From contig CM059432.1 in assembly GCA_030390025.1 (NCBI GenBank), forward strand, positions 29,576,001 through 29,640,000: a stretch of DNA of 64,000 nt, in the 5' to 3' direction. The translations under genes were made by a program, and so were the position numbers. This document shows, in pieces, positions 24,122-37,745 of the stretch. The stretch comes from Squalus acanthias. Taxonomy: Eukaryota. Position 1 is the first letter of the stretch. Every line of letters starts with the position of its first letter. The notes beneath the pieces were generated by a model. It was not told the DNA's origin and did not search any database. It saw only the letters and a program-made list of their open reading frames with translations.

Positions 24122-25487
24122 ATGGCAGATCCACGCCCCAGGGAGAGAGCCCGCAGATTCTGCGATCAAGCATTGGAGGAGTTGGTGTTCGCTGTGGAGA
24201 GACGGAGGGCGGTGCTCTACCCGGCAAGTGGCAGGAGGCCCTCACCGCAAGTGTTCCGCACCATGTGGAGGGAGGTAGTGCTGCACGTCTTGGGCAGCAC
24301 TGTGGTCCCCAGGACCCACACACAGTGCAGGAAGAAATTTAACAACCTCACTCGGGTGGTCAGGGTGAGTGAATGCTTCAGCAAATGCTACATACCATCA
24401 TCTGAACTACAGTCTTCACACACTGCCCAAAGAACCACACCCCCAGCACTCACCCACCAACAATCTCTACCCACCAACACTCACACCCACATCTCACACC
24501 TTACACACAATGACAGCTATTCAACTATGGCAGGCACATCACCCAAACACATTGCTCTACACTCACTCACACACTTTCCTTTCTCTTGCAGGCCAAGGTG
24601 GTTCACAACAGGAGGGAGCAGAAGCGCACAGGCGGGGAACAAGCCGATACCCAACCTCTGTCTGCGCTGGAAAATAGAGTGCTGCAGATTTTTGGGCACC
24701 AGGTGGTGGCCGCCGTGGCCACCGGTGACATTGACCCCCTTGGGGACAACAATGGTATGTTCATCCCTACTCCTTCTTTTCACATCCCACTTCCCCCTCA
24801 CCCCACAAGCGTTTCGCAGTTTCCAGTTAATCCTGCTGTATGCATGCATTTCTTCCTTCCTGCCCCCCTCCCCTCACCTTAACCCGTCTCTTGTGCTTTT
24901 ATGCTTTCAAATAATGAGCAAGCACCTGAGCAGCCTGTCCCTGAGGGCACCGTAGAGAGCGAAGCCGGAGAAGAGGAGGAGGAAGAACACACCGCGTCAC
25001 TGCATGTCTCACCCGCAGCCACCAGCTCAGATACTGGCACTACGCGTTCTTTAGAGGCTAGTACAGCAGTGTGATCTGCACAGGGTGATGCACCGGAGAT
25101 GAGTGGGCTGCAGCAAGGCCAGGGGGAAAGGGTAGCTCGGGGGGCCAGCTCCTCAGCGGGCGAGTTCGCGTGCGAGTTCTGCTGCACAGAACTCAGATGA
25201 GGACCTCGATGGGGAGGCGTTTAGAAGAAGGGTGATGGGCATGCACACGGAAATGATAAGTGCAATGGCAAGGGTGCCCGAGAGCCTCTTGGCAATGGTT
25301 GGGGGCGTGGAGGAATCTGCCTGCAACATTGCACAGAGTTCTGCGCACACCGTGGAGACCATCATTTCCAGTCTGCAAAGGATGGTAGACTCCCAGAGAG
25401 ACCGTGGCGACCTAGACTTTATGCCACATGTGATGGGTGATCTGGCAGCTTCCATTGCAGCACAGGTGGAAGCGACACAACGTCTGG
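24122..25487 (+). pseudogene. Harbinger Myb/SANT-like DNA-binding protein gene; exons 24122-24364, 24592-24754, 24911-25487 (truncated)
   Basis: RARRFCDQALEELV..W.EV..RTHTQCRKKFNNL; donors GTGAGT and GTATGT; exon-3 acceptor mutated CAG>CAA; in-frame TGA at ~25072 and a +1 frameshift at ~25141. Confidence 0.85.
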
Positions 25488-26282
25488 GCAGGAGTGTTGG
25501 GGTTGCGGACGGGAGTCATGAGCCAGGTGGAGAGTGGATAGACCTTGTCTCCAAGCAGCCAGCTGCGAGCGTGATGTGATGGCTGGAAGAGTGCTAGCAC
25601 ACCGGTCTGGCACAGGATGAAGGCATCGTGGCTGCTGCCAGGATAGCGGGAATTGACATTGAGGATTCGCTGTCTGTGGTCGCGCACCAACTGCACATTA
25701 AGTGAGTGGTAGCCTTTGCGGTGACGGAAGATCTTAGGCTTGTTATGCGGTGCCCGCAAAGCCACATGGGTGCAGTCACTGGCGCCCAGCAACATCGGGA
25801 ATCCCGCTATCCTGGCAAAGCCACATGCACATTCGTCCTGCTTCTCTCTGGTGATGGGGAAGGAAATGTAGTCTGTTCTCCTACTGTAGAGAGCCTCTGT
25901 GACCTCCCGGATCCAGCGATGGACAGCGAACTGCTAGATGTTAGCTATGTCTCCTGTTGCAGACTGGAAGGATCCACTGGCAAAGAAATTGAGGGCGACG
26001 GTGACCTTGACTGCCACTGAGAGAGCCGTGGTTGCCCTGATCTGAGGCTGGAGGTCTGGTTGCAGAAGGTGGCAGAGTTCTGTGACCACTAATACACTGC
26101 TCCTATCTTAATTGGAGGTCGGAGAAGTGCTCTCGGAATACCCTCGGAGGGTAAGGCCTCCTGTTGAGAGCCCTAATGGCCCTCCTCCTCCCTCTGGGCA
26201 CATGTTCCAGCATTTCTCGCTGCCTTCACTCCCTCCACCGTAGATCCTGGAGGGTGAGGTCGACTGCCAGTACAGCCCCCAT
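25488..26282 (-). pseudogene. Harbinger (HARBI1-like) DDE transposase pseudogene, N-terminal two thirds
   Basis: MGAVL...RRPYPPRVFR...VALNFFASGSFQ...DCTHVAL...RKGYHSLNVQLV...YPGSSHDAFIL...WLLGDKVYPL; contains stops and deletions. Confidence 0.9.
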
Positions 26283-26599
26283 TAATGTAACCAAGTGTAG
26301 TAGTTTGATTTTTTTAAGAATAAATGTAGTTACTTTTTCGTTGCCGCAACACTCCTGATACTAAATAACGTTGGACTATGTGAAACTGACAAGAAAGCAC
26401 TGAATCTCCACTAACCCATAGCTGTGACTCATTATTGATGATCCCTTTAAATAACGTCCCTGGAGCCAGCTTCGTGGTGCTTCACGCCAGCTGACCCTGT
26501 CGCTGTTTCCTCCAGGCACTAAGGTACATGGCAACAATCGATTTTGCAAATCATCTTCTGATTAGGCACTATACAGCCTTCCGTACTCAACATGCACGG

Positions 26600-27158
26600 C
26601 ACCGCTAACGCCTCTCGCGAAATTCAGCAGGAGGTTAGCGGAGGTGGTAACCGTTAACGCCCCACGGCACTGCGCCTCCGGCGATGACGTTCGCACCCCG
26701 GCCACAATCTTCGGTAGCGCCCCCTGACTTACTGCCGGACACTATGTCCGACAGGGTCAAAGGGCCTACCTGCAGCCGGGGCGGCGCAAATTAAAGGGGA
26801 GGTGCTGGGTGGCCATTTTTGATGCTGGCCGCCTGCCAGCATCTGCCCCCGTTGCTGTCCCCGGCCTCCTGTAAAGCCCCCCCCCCTCGCGGGGTACTGG
26901 CTGCGCTCCGTGAGCCCGGCACTCCTCTCGAGTGCCGAGCTCTTTTGCCGGTACTCCGATCCCTGGTGGCACAGCTGAGCCCCGGGTTGCGCTGTGCTAG
27001 GCCCCTCCCCTTTAATAAGGGGAGGAAGGCCTGCAGTACCGCAGCGCGACGTGCCGCAGCGCCACGCGTTATTCACTCGCAGTGTCCCAAGAGGGAGGTG
27101 GGGTGCTTCCAGTAGCGAAGTTACCGCCCCAAAGGGGGCGCGACCCAATTTTGCCCCC
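26600..27158. mobile_element. Harbinger-type MITE segment related to 6253-6931
   Basis: Ends AGTTACCGCCCCAAAGGGGGCGCGACCCAATTTTGCCCCC, similar to 6891-6931; left boundary uncertain. Confidence 0.6.
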
Positions 27159-27892
27159 TAAAACTTTAAAAGTTGAAAAATTAGTGCTAGGCACTAATCA
27201 TTCTCGCCTCCCGTGAAATTCAGTTTTAGCGCAACAAGATGAAAGTGGAGCGCTAAATCAAGTGATAACTACTTCTCTTAGGGCGCTAAAGTGTGTGAGA
27301 GGGGCGGTAGCGGCAGAGCGCTGAAGAATGTGCAGTGCAGTGCTGCCGGCATCAGAGGCTCCTTCCCTCGCTTAAAGGGAAGGGCCAGTGATGGTTTGCA
27401 ACATTCTTCTTCTTAGTTCTGTGGGGCCAGGGGACCTGCACGACTTCCATTACAGCCCAATCCCTCTCAGAGAGTGGAGGGCTTAGGCATCGCGCAGCAA
27501 TAAGGCTTCAACAACTTTCAGCAGGCACCAGACTGGTGCGAAGAATAAAGTTTGGCCTATCTGACCACCACTGCCTTTAATTATCACTCCCCAAGCGACC
27601 AGCCGAGGTGACAACACCTCCTGTTGCTGCCGTTGTTGACGTCCGGTGATGCAGCGGGGGCGGAAGCGAATTTCACATCCGGGGCAGTAACGGGGCGCTG
27701 CACACTTAAATGATGTCACGATCTATGCAGCAGTAGAGACCGAGGCGGCAAGTGTTAGCACCAGCGCAAAACCGCCAGGGAAGTTCGGGGGCATCAGTAA
27801 ATTTGCCGCACACAGACGAAAACCCCTTAGCGTCCTGTTACCGCCCCCTGCAGGCGCTAACGGGAGGCGCAAAGCAGCCAAATTTCTTGCCC
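27159..27892. mobile_element. Harbinger-type MITE segment
   Basis: Right end reverse complement GGGCAAGAAATTTGGCTGCTTTGCGCCTCCCGTTAGCGCC resembles the start of 8597/9665. Confidence 0.6.
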
Positions 27893-28079
27893 TATGACCT
27901 CAAAGATGAATACTGTCACTGCAAATACTGTTAGGGAATGGATGTTCCCTCTTATAAATTTGTAAATTACTCCATAAGACAATAGGGTTCAAAGGCATTT
28001 ATTGACTTTCATAGGAATTAAGCATACAATGATAATCATTATTAATAACAATTACACATATACTAAAGATTACACTTAC

Positions 28080-29337
28080 AAGAATTACCGCATGTCACTC
28101 CGCTACTTAAGAATGGAAAAACAGGGAAACCAGGGAATTATAGAACAGTTAGCCTAACATCTGTTGTCAGAAAATTACTAGAGTCTATAATTAAGGATAG
28201 GGTGACTGAACACCTTGAAAATTTTAAGCTGATCAGAGAGCCAGCATGGAATTGTGAAAGGTAGGTCATGCCTGACAAACCTGATTGAATTTTTTGAGGA
28301 GGTGACTAAAATAGTGGACAGGGGAATGTCTATGGATATTATTTATATGGACTTCCAGAGACATTTGATAAAGTCCCTCATAAGAGACTGTTAACGAAGG
28401 TAGAAGCCCATGGAATTGAAGGCAAATTATTGACCTGGTTAGGAAATTGGCTGAGTGGCAGGAGACAGAGAGTAGGGATAATGGGCAGGTACTCTAATTG
28501 GCAGGAAGTGACTAGTGGTGTCCCATAAGGATCTGTGTTGGGGCCTCAACTATTCACAGTATTTATTAACGACTTAGATGATGGCATAGAAATCCATACA
28601 TCCAGAATTTGTCAATAACACAAAGATAGGCAGCATTGTAGGCAGTGTAGGTGAAAGCATAAAATTACAAAAGGATATTGATAGATTAAGTGAATGGGCA
28701 AAACTGTGGCAAATAGATTTCAATGTGTGAGGTCATCCACTTTGGACCTAAAAAGGATAGAAAAGGGTACTTTCTAAATGGTGAAAAGCTAAAAACAGTG
28801 GAGGTCCAAAGCGACTTGGGGGTCCAGGTACATAGATCATTAAAATGTCATGAACAGGTACAGAAAATAATCAAAAAGGCTAATGGAATGCTGGCCTTTA
28901 TATCTAGAGGACTAGAATACAAGGGGGTAGAAGTTATGCTGCAGCTATACAAAGCCCTGGTTAGACCACACCCGGAGTACTGTGAGCAGTTCTGGGCACC
29001 ACACCTTAGGAAGGATATATTGGCCTTGGAGGGAGTGCAGCGTAGGTTTTACCAGAATGATACCCGGACTACGAGGAGAGATTACACAAATTAGGTTTGT
29101 ATTCCCTGGAATTTCGAAGGTTAAGGGGTGATTTGATTGAACTTTTCAAGATATTAAGGGGAACTGATAGGGTAGATAGAGAGAAACTATTTCCACTGGT
29201 TAATACCAAAAGTATTAAGGGATATGGGCCAAAGTCGGGTATATGGAGTTAGGTCGCAGATCAGCCATGATCTTATTGAATGGCGGAACGGGCTCGAGGG
29301 GCTGAATGCCCTACTCCTGTTGCTCTGTTCCTATGTA
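28080..29337 (+). mobile_element. CR1 LINE, 5'-truncated RT region to tail, with frameshifts
   Basis: ORF 28723-29094 (CEVIHFG...LYKALVRPH.EYC.QFWAP); upstream GSVLGPQLF; 3'UTR stem and short tail. Confidence 0.9.
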
Positions 29338-29608
29338 CCGGAGAATTCACACATTAGAACGAATTGGATGGCCAAGCCTTTTTGAATTCTGAGGTATCTA
29401 TTCTATCACCTCTCTTTTTATACCTTTCTTGCACTTTGGCTATGTGAGAATCCGTATGTTTCAAAGTATTATCTCATCCAATTAGCTGCCATAAAGTCCT
29501 CAGAGAAATCACTCCCCACACTCTAACATAGCCATGGAGGACAGCTGAGATATCCATGAGGCTGGGAGAAAGAAAGCTTGTAGCCAAATGTCTATCAGCT
29601 AAAGTCTC

Positions 29609-30700
29609 TGGCCTAGTAATTGGTGACCGCCACAAAAGCTGCCAGTGTCACCGCAGCCGGGTGTTAACGGCCGCCGAAAATGGTGGCGCTGGCAGGACCG
29701 AAAAATTGGCGCTGAGTACTAATTAGCATTAGCCCCGCACCTAACTCACCGTGGAACGCCGTCCTGGTGATGTTGGTCCCGGCAGGAGGCTCCAATGTAG
29801 CGTGGCACAAGCATCGTTGCTGCTAGACAGTCTCTCTGAAAGTGAGGCTGTGATTTCAGAAAACATTGTCGTTTTCTTAAAGGGGCAGTACCTTCTGAAA
29901 TGAATCAAATAAAGCATGATGTAAAAATATGCAGTTTAAAGCCCTTGCAGTTCAACTGCTTTCTGGAAAAAAAAATAACGTTAAAAAGAATTCCCAAATG
30001 GGAGTCTCCAGCTCTTAAAGCTGAATTGCCTTCCACACCTAAAAAAATGGGAAAAGTGGTTCAGCACGAACACAAATGGCTCAGCAAGCCTGGAAAGGGG
30101 CACCCAAGGTCTCGCACGTAGCACTCCAGCTTTGTGCAGGGGGGTCAACACAGCAAGCGAGGTTCTCTACTCACAGGGGCCAGGAGGCCCCCCCAGAAAG
30201 AATGATGTGGGACCACATCACCGAGGCAGTGTCACCCCCATGACCTGGCTCCAGTGCCCAAAGAAGTTTCATGATCTCAGACCAGTGGTCAAGGTCAGTG
30301 AATGCATCTTCAAAAGCCGTCTCCTACTAACTGCACCACTAGCCTCACACACTTCTCAATGCTTGACCCCCCCCCCCCCCCCCAATCAATTACCTACGAA
30401 CAATCTGTACCAAACACGAGGTGCACCTCCCATTCCTAACTACACCTCACCCCTTTGGAGGAGACGGTGCTGGCCATTCTTGACAGGGGCATGGCTGCGC
30501 CCTTACCAGCGGCAGGGCTGAAAGAATACAAGCTCCTGGTAACCTCATACGTTATTGTCCTTCTCGCATGCACCTCTTGCTTTCCTGCCCTCCCCTCACC
30601 TCAACTCCACCCTTGTGCCTTCCTCATTTCACACATCCAAGAAGTGCAGCCTGCTCAACCAGTGGTTGAACAAGAAGAGGGAGAGGAAGCAGAAAAAGAG
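29609..30700 (+). mobile_element. Harbinger derivative, Myb/SANT-gene end, family B copy 1
   Basis: GGCCTAGTAATTGG end; WLQCPKKFHDLRPVVK followed by GTCAGT donor; homologous to 36604-37800. Confidence 0.7.
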
Positions 30701-32665
30701 CACGTATGACAGATATCAGGTCGAGAATACATCTGAGAATCAGGCTAAATATAGAAAGTTCAGAGGAGAAGTGAAAAAGAAAATAAAAGGGGCAAAGAGA
30801 CTGTATGAGAATAGAATGGCAGCTAACATAAAAGGTAATCCAAAAGTCTTCTATAGGCATATAAATAGTAAGCGAGTAGTAAGAGGAGGATGGGGCCAAT
30901 TAGGGGCCAAAAAGGAGACCTACACATGGAGGCAGAGGGTATGGCTGAGGTACTAAATGAGTACTTTGCATCTGTCTTCACCAAGGAAGAAGATGCTGCC
31001 ATGGACATAGTGAAGGAGGAGGTAGAAGAGATACTGGATGGGATAAAAATTGATAAAGACGAGGTACTAGAAAGGTAGGCTGCACTTAAAGTAGATAAGT
31101 CACCAGGACCGGATGGGATGTATCCTAGTACGCTGAGGGAAGTGAAGGAAGAAATCGTAGAGGTACTGGGCATAATCTTCCAATCATCCTTAGAAACGGG
31201 GGTGGTGCCAGAGGACTGGAGAATAGCAAATGTTACATCCTTGTTCAAAAAAGGGTGTAAAGATAAACCCAGCAACTATAGGTCAGTCAGTTTAACCTCG
31301 GTAGTGGGAAAGCTTTTAGAAACAATAATCAGGGACAAAATTAACAGTCACTTGGACAAGTGTGGATTAATTAAGGAAAGCCAGCACGGATTTGTTAAAT
31401 GCAAATCGTGTTTAACCAGCTTGATCGAGTTTTTGATGAGGTAATAGAAAGGGTTGATGAGAGCAATGCGGTTGATGTGGTGTCCATAGATTTCCAAAAG
31501 GCATTCGACAAAGTGCCACATAATAAGCTTGCCAGCAAAGTTGAAGCCCATGGAATAAAAAGGACAGTGGCTGCATGGATATGAAATTGGCTAAGTGACA
31601 GGAAACAGAGAGTAGTGGTGAACGGTTGTTTTTCGGACCGGAGGAAGATATACAGTGGTGTTCCCCAGGGGTCGGTTCTGGGACCACTGCTTTTCTTGAT
31701 ACATTTTAATGACTTGGATGTGGGTGTGCAGGGCACAATTTCAAAATTTGCAGATGAAACAAAACTTGGAAGTATAGTGAACAGTGAGGATAGTGATAGA
31801 CTTCAAGATGACATAGACAGGCTGGTGGAATGGTGGACACGTGGCAGATGAAATTTAATGCAGAAAAATGCTAAGTGATACATTTTGGTAGAAAGAATGA
31901 GATGGAAATATAAACTAAAGGGTACAATCCTAAAGGAGGTGCATGAACAGAGAGACCTAGGGGTATATGTGCACAAATTGTTGAAGGAGGCAGGGCAGGT
32001 TGAGAAAGCAGTTAAAAAAGATTATGGGATCCTGGGTTTCATAAATAGAGGTATAGATTACAAAAGCATGGAAATTATGATGAGCCTGTATAAAATACTG
32101 GTTCGGCCTCAACTGGAGTATTGTGTCCAATTCTGGGCTCCGCACTTTCGGAAGGATGTGAGGCCTTAGAGAAGGTGCAGAAAAGCTTTACGAGAATGAT
32201 TCCAGGAATGAGAACTTCAGTTACGTTGATAGACTGGAGAAGCTGGGGTTATTCTCCTTGAAGCAGAGAAGATTGAGAGGAGATTTGATAGAGGTGTTCA
32301 AAATCATGAGTGGTCTGGACAGAGTAGATAGAGAGAAACTGTTCCCATTGGCGGAAGGGTCGAGAACCAGAGGACACAGATTTAAGGTGGTTGGCAAAAG
32401 AACCAAAGGCGACATGAGGAAAAACTTTTTTACGCAGTGAGTGGTTAGGATCTGGAATGCACTGCCTGAAAGGGTGGTGGAGGCAAATTCAATCACAGCT
32501 TTCAAAAGGGAGTTGGATAAGTATCTGAAAGAAAAAAAATTGCAGAGCTATGGGGAAAGGGCGGGGGAGTGGGACTAGCTGAAGTGTTCTTGCGGAGAGC
32601 CGGCACGGGCTCAGCGGGCTGAATGGCCTTCTTCCGTGCTGTAACCATGCTATGATTCTATGATG
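30701..32665 (+). mobile_element. CR1 LINE, ~2-kb 5'-truncated copy with disrupted RT
   Basis: ORF pieces [55 protein letters not shown]; tail CTATGATTCTATGAT. Confidence 0.93.
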
Positions 32666-32849
32666 TCTAAATCCCTTTGCTCCTACATAGTTTCTAGTCT
32701 CTTAAAATTAAGAAAATATTCTGAATTGTCTTTCTCAGATCCAAAGTGGATGATTTCACACTTCCCCACATTGAATGCCATCTACCATAGTTTTTCCCAT
32801 TCACTTAGTCTATGTCCCTTTACAACTTTCTCCTCCCATCCACATAACT

Positions 32850-32996
32850 TACTGTGCCTGTGTAGAAGGAGTTTTACTTTGCCTCAAACTCTTGTTGTAC
32901 CTGACCTGGGAGTATTCGATGAGGTAGCAGAGAGGGAGCTTTACTCTGCATCTAACCCCTTGTTATACTTGACCTGGGAGCATTGATGGGACAGTA
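32850..32996 (+). repeat. Two degenerate ~66-bp tandem units (AGAGGGAGCTTTACTCTGCATCTAACCC...GACCTGGGAG...GATG)
   Basis: Direct repeat visible; resembles a common elasmobranch satellite unit (recalled, unverified). Confidence 0.55.
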
Positions 32997-33481
32997 TTGT
33001 ATTCAGCATCAACTCTAAGTAATTCCTGACCTGGGAGGGAAGCTGACACCAGTTGCATAAAACGGAAAAATATTCCCACTCCCCAGCCTTGAACACAGAA
33101 TGTTACCCCTACCGCACCCAAAAAAGTGACTGATGATATTTTCTGGCGGTTGCTTAACCATATTCATACAACATTTCTTTCGATGTTATTTTAGTAAGGG
33201 CATTAAAGCATTTAAAGGAAAAAAGTTAATATCTGCATTTTTCATATGAATGTGTTAACATCATCAACAGTCATTTCTAGGTTTATAAAATGAATGTTAT
33301 TATTACCCATTTGACTCATTGTAAGGGTTATACCACTGAAGACTTTTACAATTTAATTACATTTAAAGAGACTTACTAATGGAAAATAACAGCGTCTGGC
33401 CAACCAACCAGGGCCTCTGAAACTGTCATTGAGAAATAGCACTTGGACTGGTTTTAATTAAATTATGCTGATAAAGGTTTG

Positions 33482-33645
33482 TCGAAGTAACATTGCTCAT
33501 GTCAGCAAGGTCTGGAGGGCTTCCAGTTCCAGCTGCCTCATATCAGGAACTTACTTTTGCTGGGCTTTGCTCTCGGGGGAACTGAGGGTGGGCACGAGTG
33601 ATGACGACAGTTCATTACCACAATGGAGAGCTGTTTTCAGCATCT
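33482..33645 (+). repeat. Source copy of a local ~160-bp duplication
   Basis: Repeated at 34119-34241 plus 34767-34793. Confidence 0.9.
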
Positions 33646-34241
33646 TTCAGACAACTCGCTCAAAATAAGTATGCTTTAATAAATTTTGTGGTGTCTGTCA
33701 ATTCCGTCCACAACAGTCAGCATCAGTTTGCTTCTTCCTCATTGTTTAAGACTTTAGGGAATAACTTTGTGAGACTCCATTGCTGGTCAGCACGGGTGAG
33801 AGAATTGGGGCTGCAGTGTTATAGCCCTCTCTCCATCCCACGCTTGCATCTAGTGAGACTCAGTACCAGCAGTGCAGCCTTGCTAAATAACCCTTAAGTT
33901 TCTGTGGTTTTCTCCTTTCCAATTGATTATTTTTGCGACGTTTGTTATTTATGCAAAACTCTTCCTCCAATTTCACATTCCAGTAAGATAAATTTTTACT
34001 TCTCAACTGAAGACTGTTCCTTCACTAAAATGAAATTTATCACATATAAAACACAATAAAAATTCACCCCCCAAAACTTGCAAACTTGCCCATAAATTTG
34101 ACTGCAACAACTCTCCTATCGAAGTAACATTGCCATGTCAGCAAGGTCTGGAGGGCTTCCAGTCTCAGCCGCCTCATATCAGGAACTTATTTTTGCTGGG
34201 CTTTGCTCTCGGGGGAACGAGTGATGACGACAGTTCATTAC

Positions 34242-34761
34242 ATAAGTACATAAGAACATAAGAAATAGGAGCAGGAATAGGCCACTTGGCCCTTCGGGCC
34301 TGCTCCTCCATTCAATAAGATCATGGCTGATCTTGGGCTCAAAGCCACTTCCCCACCCGCTCCCCATAACCCTTCATTCCCTTATCTTGCAAAAATTTGT
34401 CTATCTCCACCTGAAATGTACTTAATGACCCAGCCTCCACAGCTCTCTGAGGCAGAGAATTCCACAGATTTATGACCTTCTGAGAGAAGAAATTCCTCCT
34501 CATCTCAGTTCTAAAAGGGCGACCCTTTATTCTAAAACTGTGCCCCTGCGTTCTAGATTTCCCCACGAGGGGAAACATCCTCTCTGCATCTACCTTGTCG
34601 TGCCCCCTCAGTATCTTATATGTTTCAATAAGATCACCTCTCATTCTTCTAAATTCCAATGAGTATAGGCCCAGCCTGCTCAACCTTTCCTCGTAAGTCA
34701 ACCCCCTCATCTCTGGAATTAACCTGGTGAATCGTCTCTGAACTACCTCCAATGCAAGTAT
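34242..34761 (-). mobile_element. CR1 3' end inserted into the duplicated segment
   Basis: ORF 34339-34797 nearly identical to the 2418-3075 copy; ATTAC TSD at 34237-34241 and 34762-34766. Confidence 0.92.
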
Positions 34762-34793
34762 ATTACCACAATGGAGAGCTGTTTTCAGCATCT

Positions 34794-35931
34794 GCAATGC
34801 TCCATCTCACCCTCAGTAAGCTCCCCGCTGGAGTGGAGCTAATCTACAGAACAAACGGGAAACTGTTCATCCTCTGTCGCATCCAGTCCAGATCCAAGGT
34901 CGCCCATCCTCTGTCATCGAATTACAGTATGCAGACAACGCTTGCGTCTGCGCACACTCTGAGGCCGAACTCCAAACCATCGTCAACACCTTCACCGAAG
35001 CGTACGAGAGCATGGGCCTTACACTAAACAGCCGTAAGACAAAGGTCCTCTACCAACCTGCCCCTACCACACAGTACTGCTCCCTGATTATCAAAATCCA
35101 TGATGAGGCCTTGGACAACGTGGACCACTTTCCATACCTCGGGAGCCTACTGTCAACAAGGGCAGACGTCGATGACGAAGTCCAAAACCGCCTTCAGTGT
35201 GCCAGTGCAGCCTTTGGTCACCTGAGGAAGAGAGTGTTTGAAGACCAGGACCTCAAACCCAGCACCAACCTCATAGTCTACAGAGCAGTAGTGATACCTG
35301 CCCTCCTGTATGCTTTAGAGACATGGACCATGTACAGTAGGCACCTCAAAGCACTGGAGAGGTACCACCAACGCTGCCTCTGCAAGATCCTGCAAATCCA
35401 TTGGCAGGATAGGTGCACCAACGTCAGTGTTCTCGCTCAGGCCAACATCCCCAGCATCGAAGCTTTGAACACGCTCGATCAGCTCCGATGGACGGGCCAC
35501 ATCGTCCACATGCCCGATACGAGACTCCCAAAACAAGCACTCTACTCGGAGCTCCGACACGGCAAGAGAGCCCCAGGTGGGCAGAGGAAACGCTTCAAGG
35601 GCACCTTCAAAGCCTCCTTGAAAAAGTGCAACATCCCCACCGACACCTGGGAATCCCTGACCCAAGACCGCACAAAGTGGATGAGAAGCATCCGGGAAGG
35701 CACCGAACATCTCTAGTCTCTTCGCCGGGAGCAAGCGGAAGCCAAGCACAAACAGCGGAAGGATCGCACGTCAACCCAAGCACCCCACCCACCCGCCCCT
35801 TCAACCACCGTCTGCCCCACCTGTGACAAAGACTGTAGGTCCCGCATTGGACTCATCAGTCACCTGAGAACTCATTTTTAGTGTGGAAGCAAGTTATCCT
35901 CGGTTCCGAGGGACTGCCTAAGAAGAAGAAG
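34794..35931 (+). mobile_element. RTE-clade LINE, 5'-truncated
   Basis: ELQYADN; ORF 35012-35716 GLTLNSRKTKV, FPYLGS, LRWTGHIVHMPDTRLPK, GGQRKRFK; C-terminal CPTC..H..H zinc finger; (AAG)n tail. Confidence 0.92.
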
Positions 35932-36603
35932 GTCCTCTTCCATAAGTTACATGGTACACTTAGCCAAGTCTCTGAACACCCTGAGCCCTGAGCATACCTG
36001 CTCACTTCCTTAACCCTCATATTTTGTGATCACTACTCAACCAGCTAACTCCCTATGTCCCTAGGTTTGCTATAAAGGACCTGATGTAATGAAACAAAAT
36101 GCGCATTTTCATTGTAAAAGACTGTAATCTCCAGGAGTCCCACACAGATCCATGGAGCAAATCAGTCCATCTATAGCTCTGGGAGGAGAAACCTCAACAG
36201 ATGCGGGATCTGAGTGAAAGGAGAGATGGACATGTGGGCAGTCTATCTTCCTTGGGTCATTTCTTTTGCAGCTGATTGTGTTGGTCAGTCAGTTTGGGCT
36301 CAACTCAGTCAACAAAACACCTTCTAACCCTCTCTATCCCAAGCCAATTCTGATGTGAACAGAAAGAGCAGCAGACTTCAGGAGGAGTGGGAATCAATGC
36401 TCAGCACCCTCTCCTGAAACTCAAGCCCCACTGGGGAATCTAAGTAATATGACCAGCTCATTCATTGGAGGAGAAGATTTCCAGTGCTGCTATGTCAATA
36501 TAAATGCGGCAGCAGCTATTTAAAGGGTATTTAAAGATAAGGAGCTGAAAAAGGAAGGCAACGAATATTTATATTTGACTTGCATTTATTTAACATCTTT
36601 CAA

Positions 36604-37700
36604 GGCCTAGAAATTCGTGTTCACCACAGAAGTTGCCGTTGTCACCGGCAACTGGAGTTAACGGCCGTCAAAAATGGCCGCAATGCTAAGGAGAATAAAT
36701 TCATCTGGGGGGCTGGAGATTGGTGGCACAGCGCTAACCTTCCATGCAATGCCCTCCTGGTGGCATTAGTGGAGACCTTTGAGGCGAAGTTCCTGTCCTG
36801 AAGTGGCATTCGAGCTTCGCACAACCTCTGAGAGCGAGGCTGTGGAGCTCACAAGGAATTGTGGGCAATTAAAAGGGCTATGAATTAAAGGGGCCATGCA
36901 CTCAGAACTAATAAAAATTAAAATGCAGTGAAAAAAATGCAGTTTTCAGCCCTTACTGCCTTTCAAAAAAAAATTAACCTTAAAAAGAAATCCCAGATGT
37001 GATTATTCAGCTCTATAACTGAATTCCCTACCGAACCTCAAAAAATGGGAAAACTGCTTCAGCACTAACACAAAAGACTCAGCAAGCCAGGGAAAAGGCA
37101 CCCAGGGTCTGGCACACAGCACTCCAGCTTTGTGCAGGGGGTCAACACTGCAAGAGAGGTCCTCTGCCCACAGGGGCCTGGAGGCCCTCCAGAAAGAATG
37201 ATTTGGGACAACATCAACGAGGCCGTCACTGCCAGCAGTATCGCCCCCACCACCTGGCTCCAGTGCCTAAAGAAGCTTCATGACCTCAGACCACTGGTCA
37301 AGGTCAGTGAATGCATCTTCAAAAACTGTCTCCTACCAACTGTACCACTGGCCTCACACACTGCTCAATGCACGACCCCCACCCCAATCACTCACCTACC
37401 AACAATCTGCACCAATCACAAGGCACAGCTCCCATTCCTAGCCTCACTTTACCCCCTTGGAGGAGACGGTGCCGGCCATTCTTGGCAGGGGCATGGCTGA
37501 GCCCTTGGCCAACGGCGGGGCTGAATGGTTAAAAGATGCTAGTATCCTCATACGATATCCTCCTTCTGATATGCACCTCTTGCTTTCCCCCCGTCCTGTC
37601 ACCACAACTCCATTCTTGTGCGTTCCAAGAAATCCAGCCAGTGGTTGGCCAAGAAGAGGGAGAGGAGAGTGAAGAAGAAGAAGAAGAAGAAGAAGAAGAA

Positions 37701-37745
<45 letters not shown>

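Larger units (their letters stand above)
23787..26552 (+). mobile_element. Two-gene PIF/Harbinger transposon, copy A (internally deleted; right end replaced by MITE sequence)
   Basis: Left TIR AGGCTAGAAATTCA; Myb/SANT gene (+) converging on transposase (-); homologous to the reverse complement of 47890-51381. Confidence 0.9.

Noticed and set aside
24020..24955. 311-aa single-exon gene
   Set aside because: The ORF reads through two introns of the Harbinger Myb gene; the sister copy stops shortly after the first donor.
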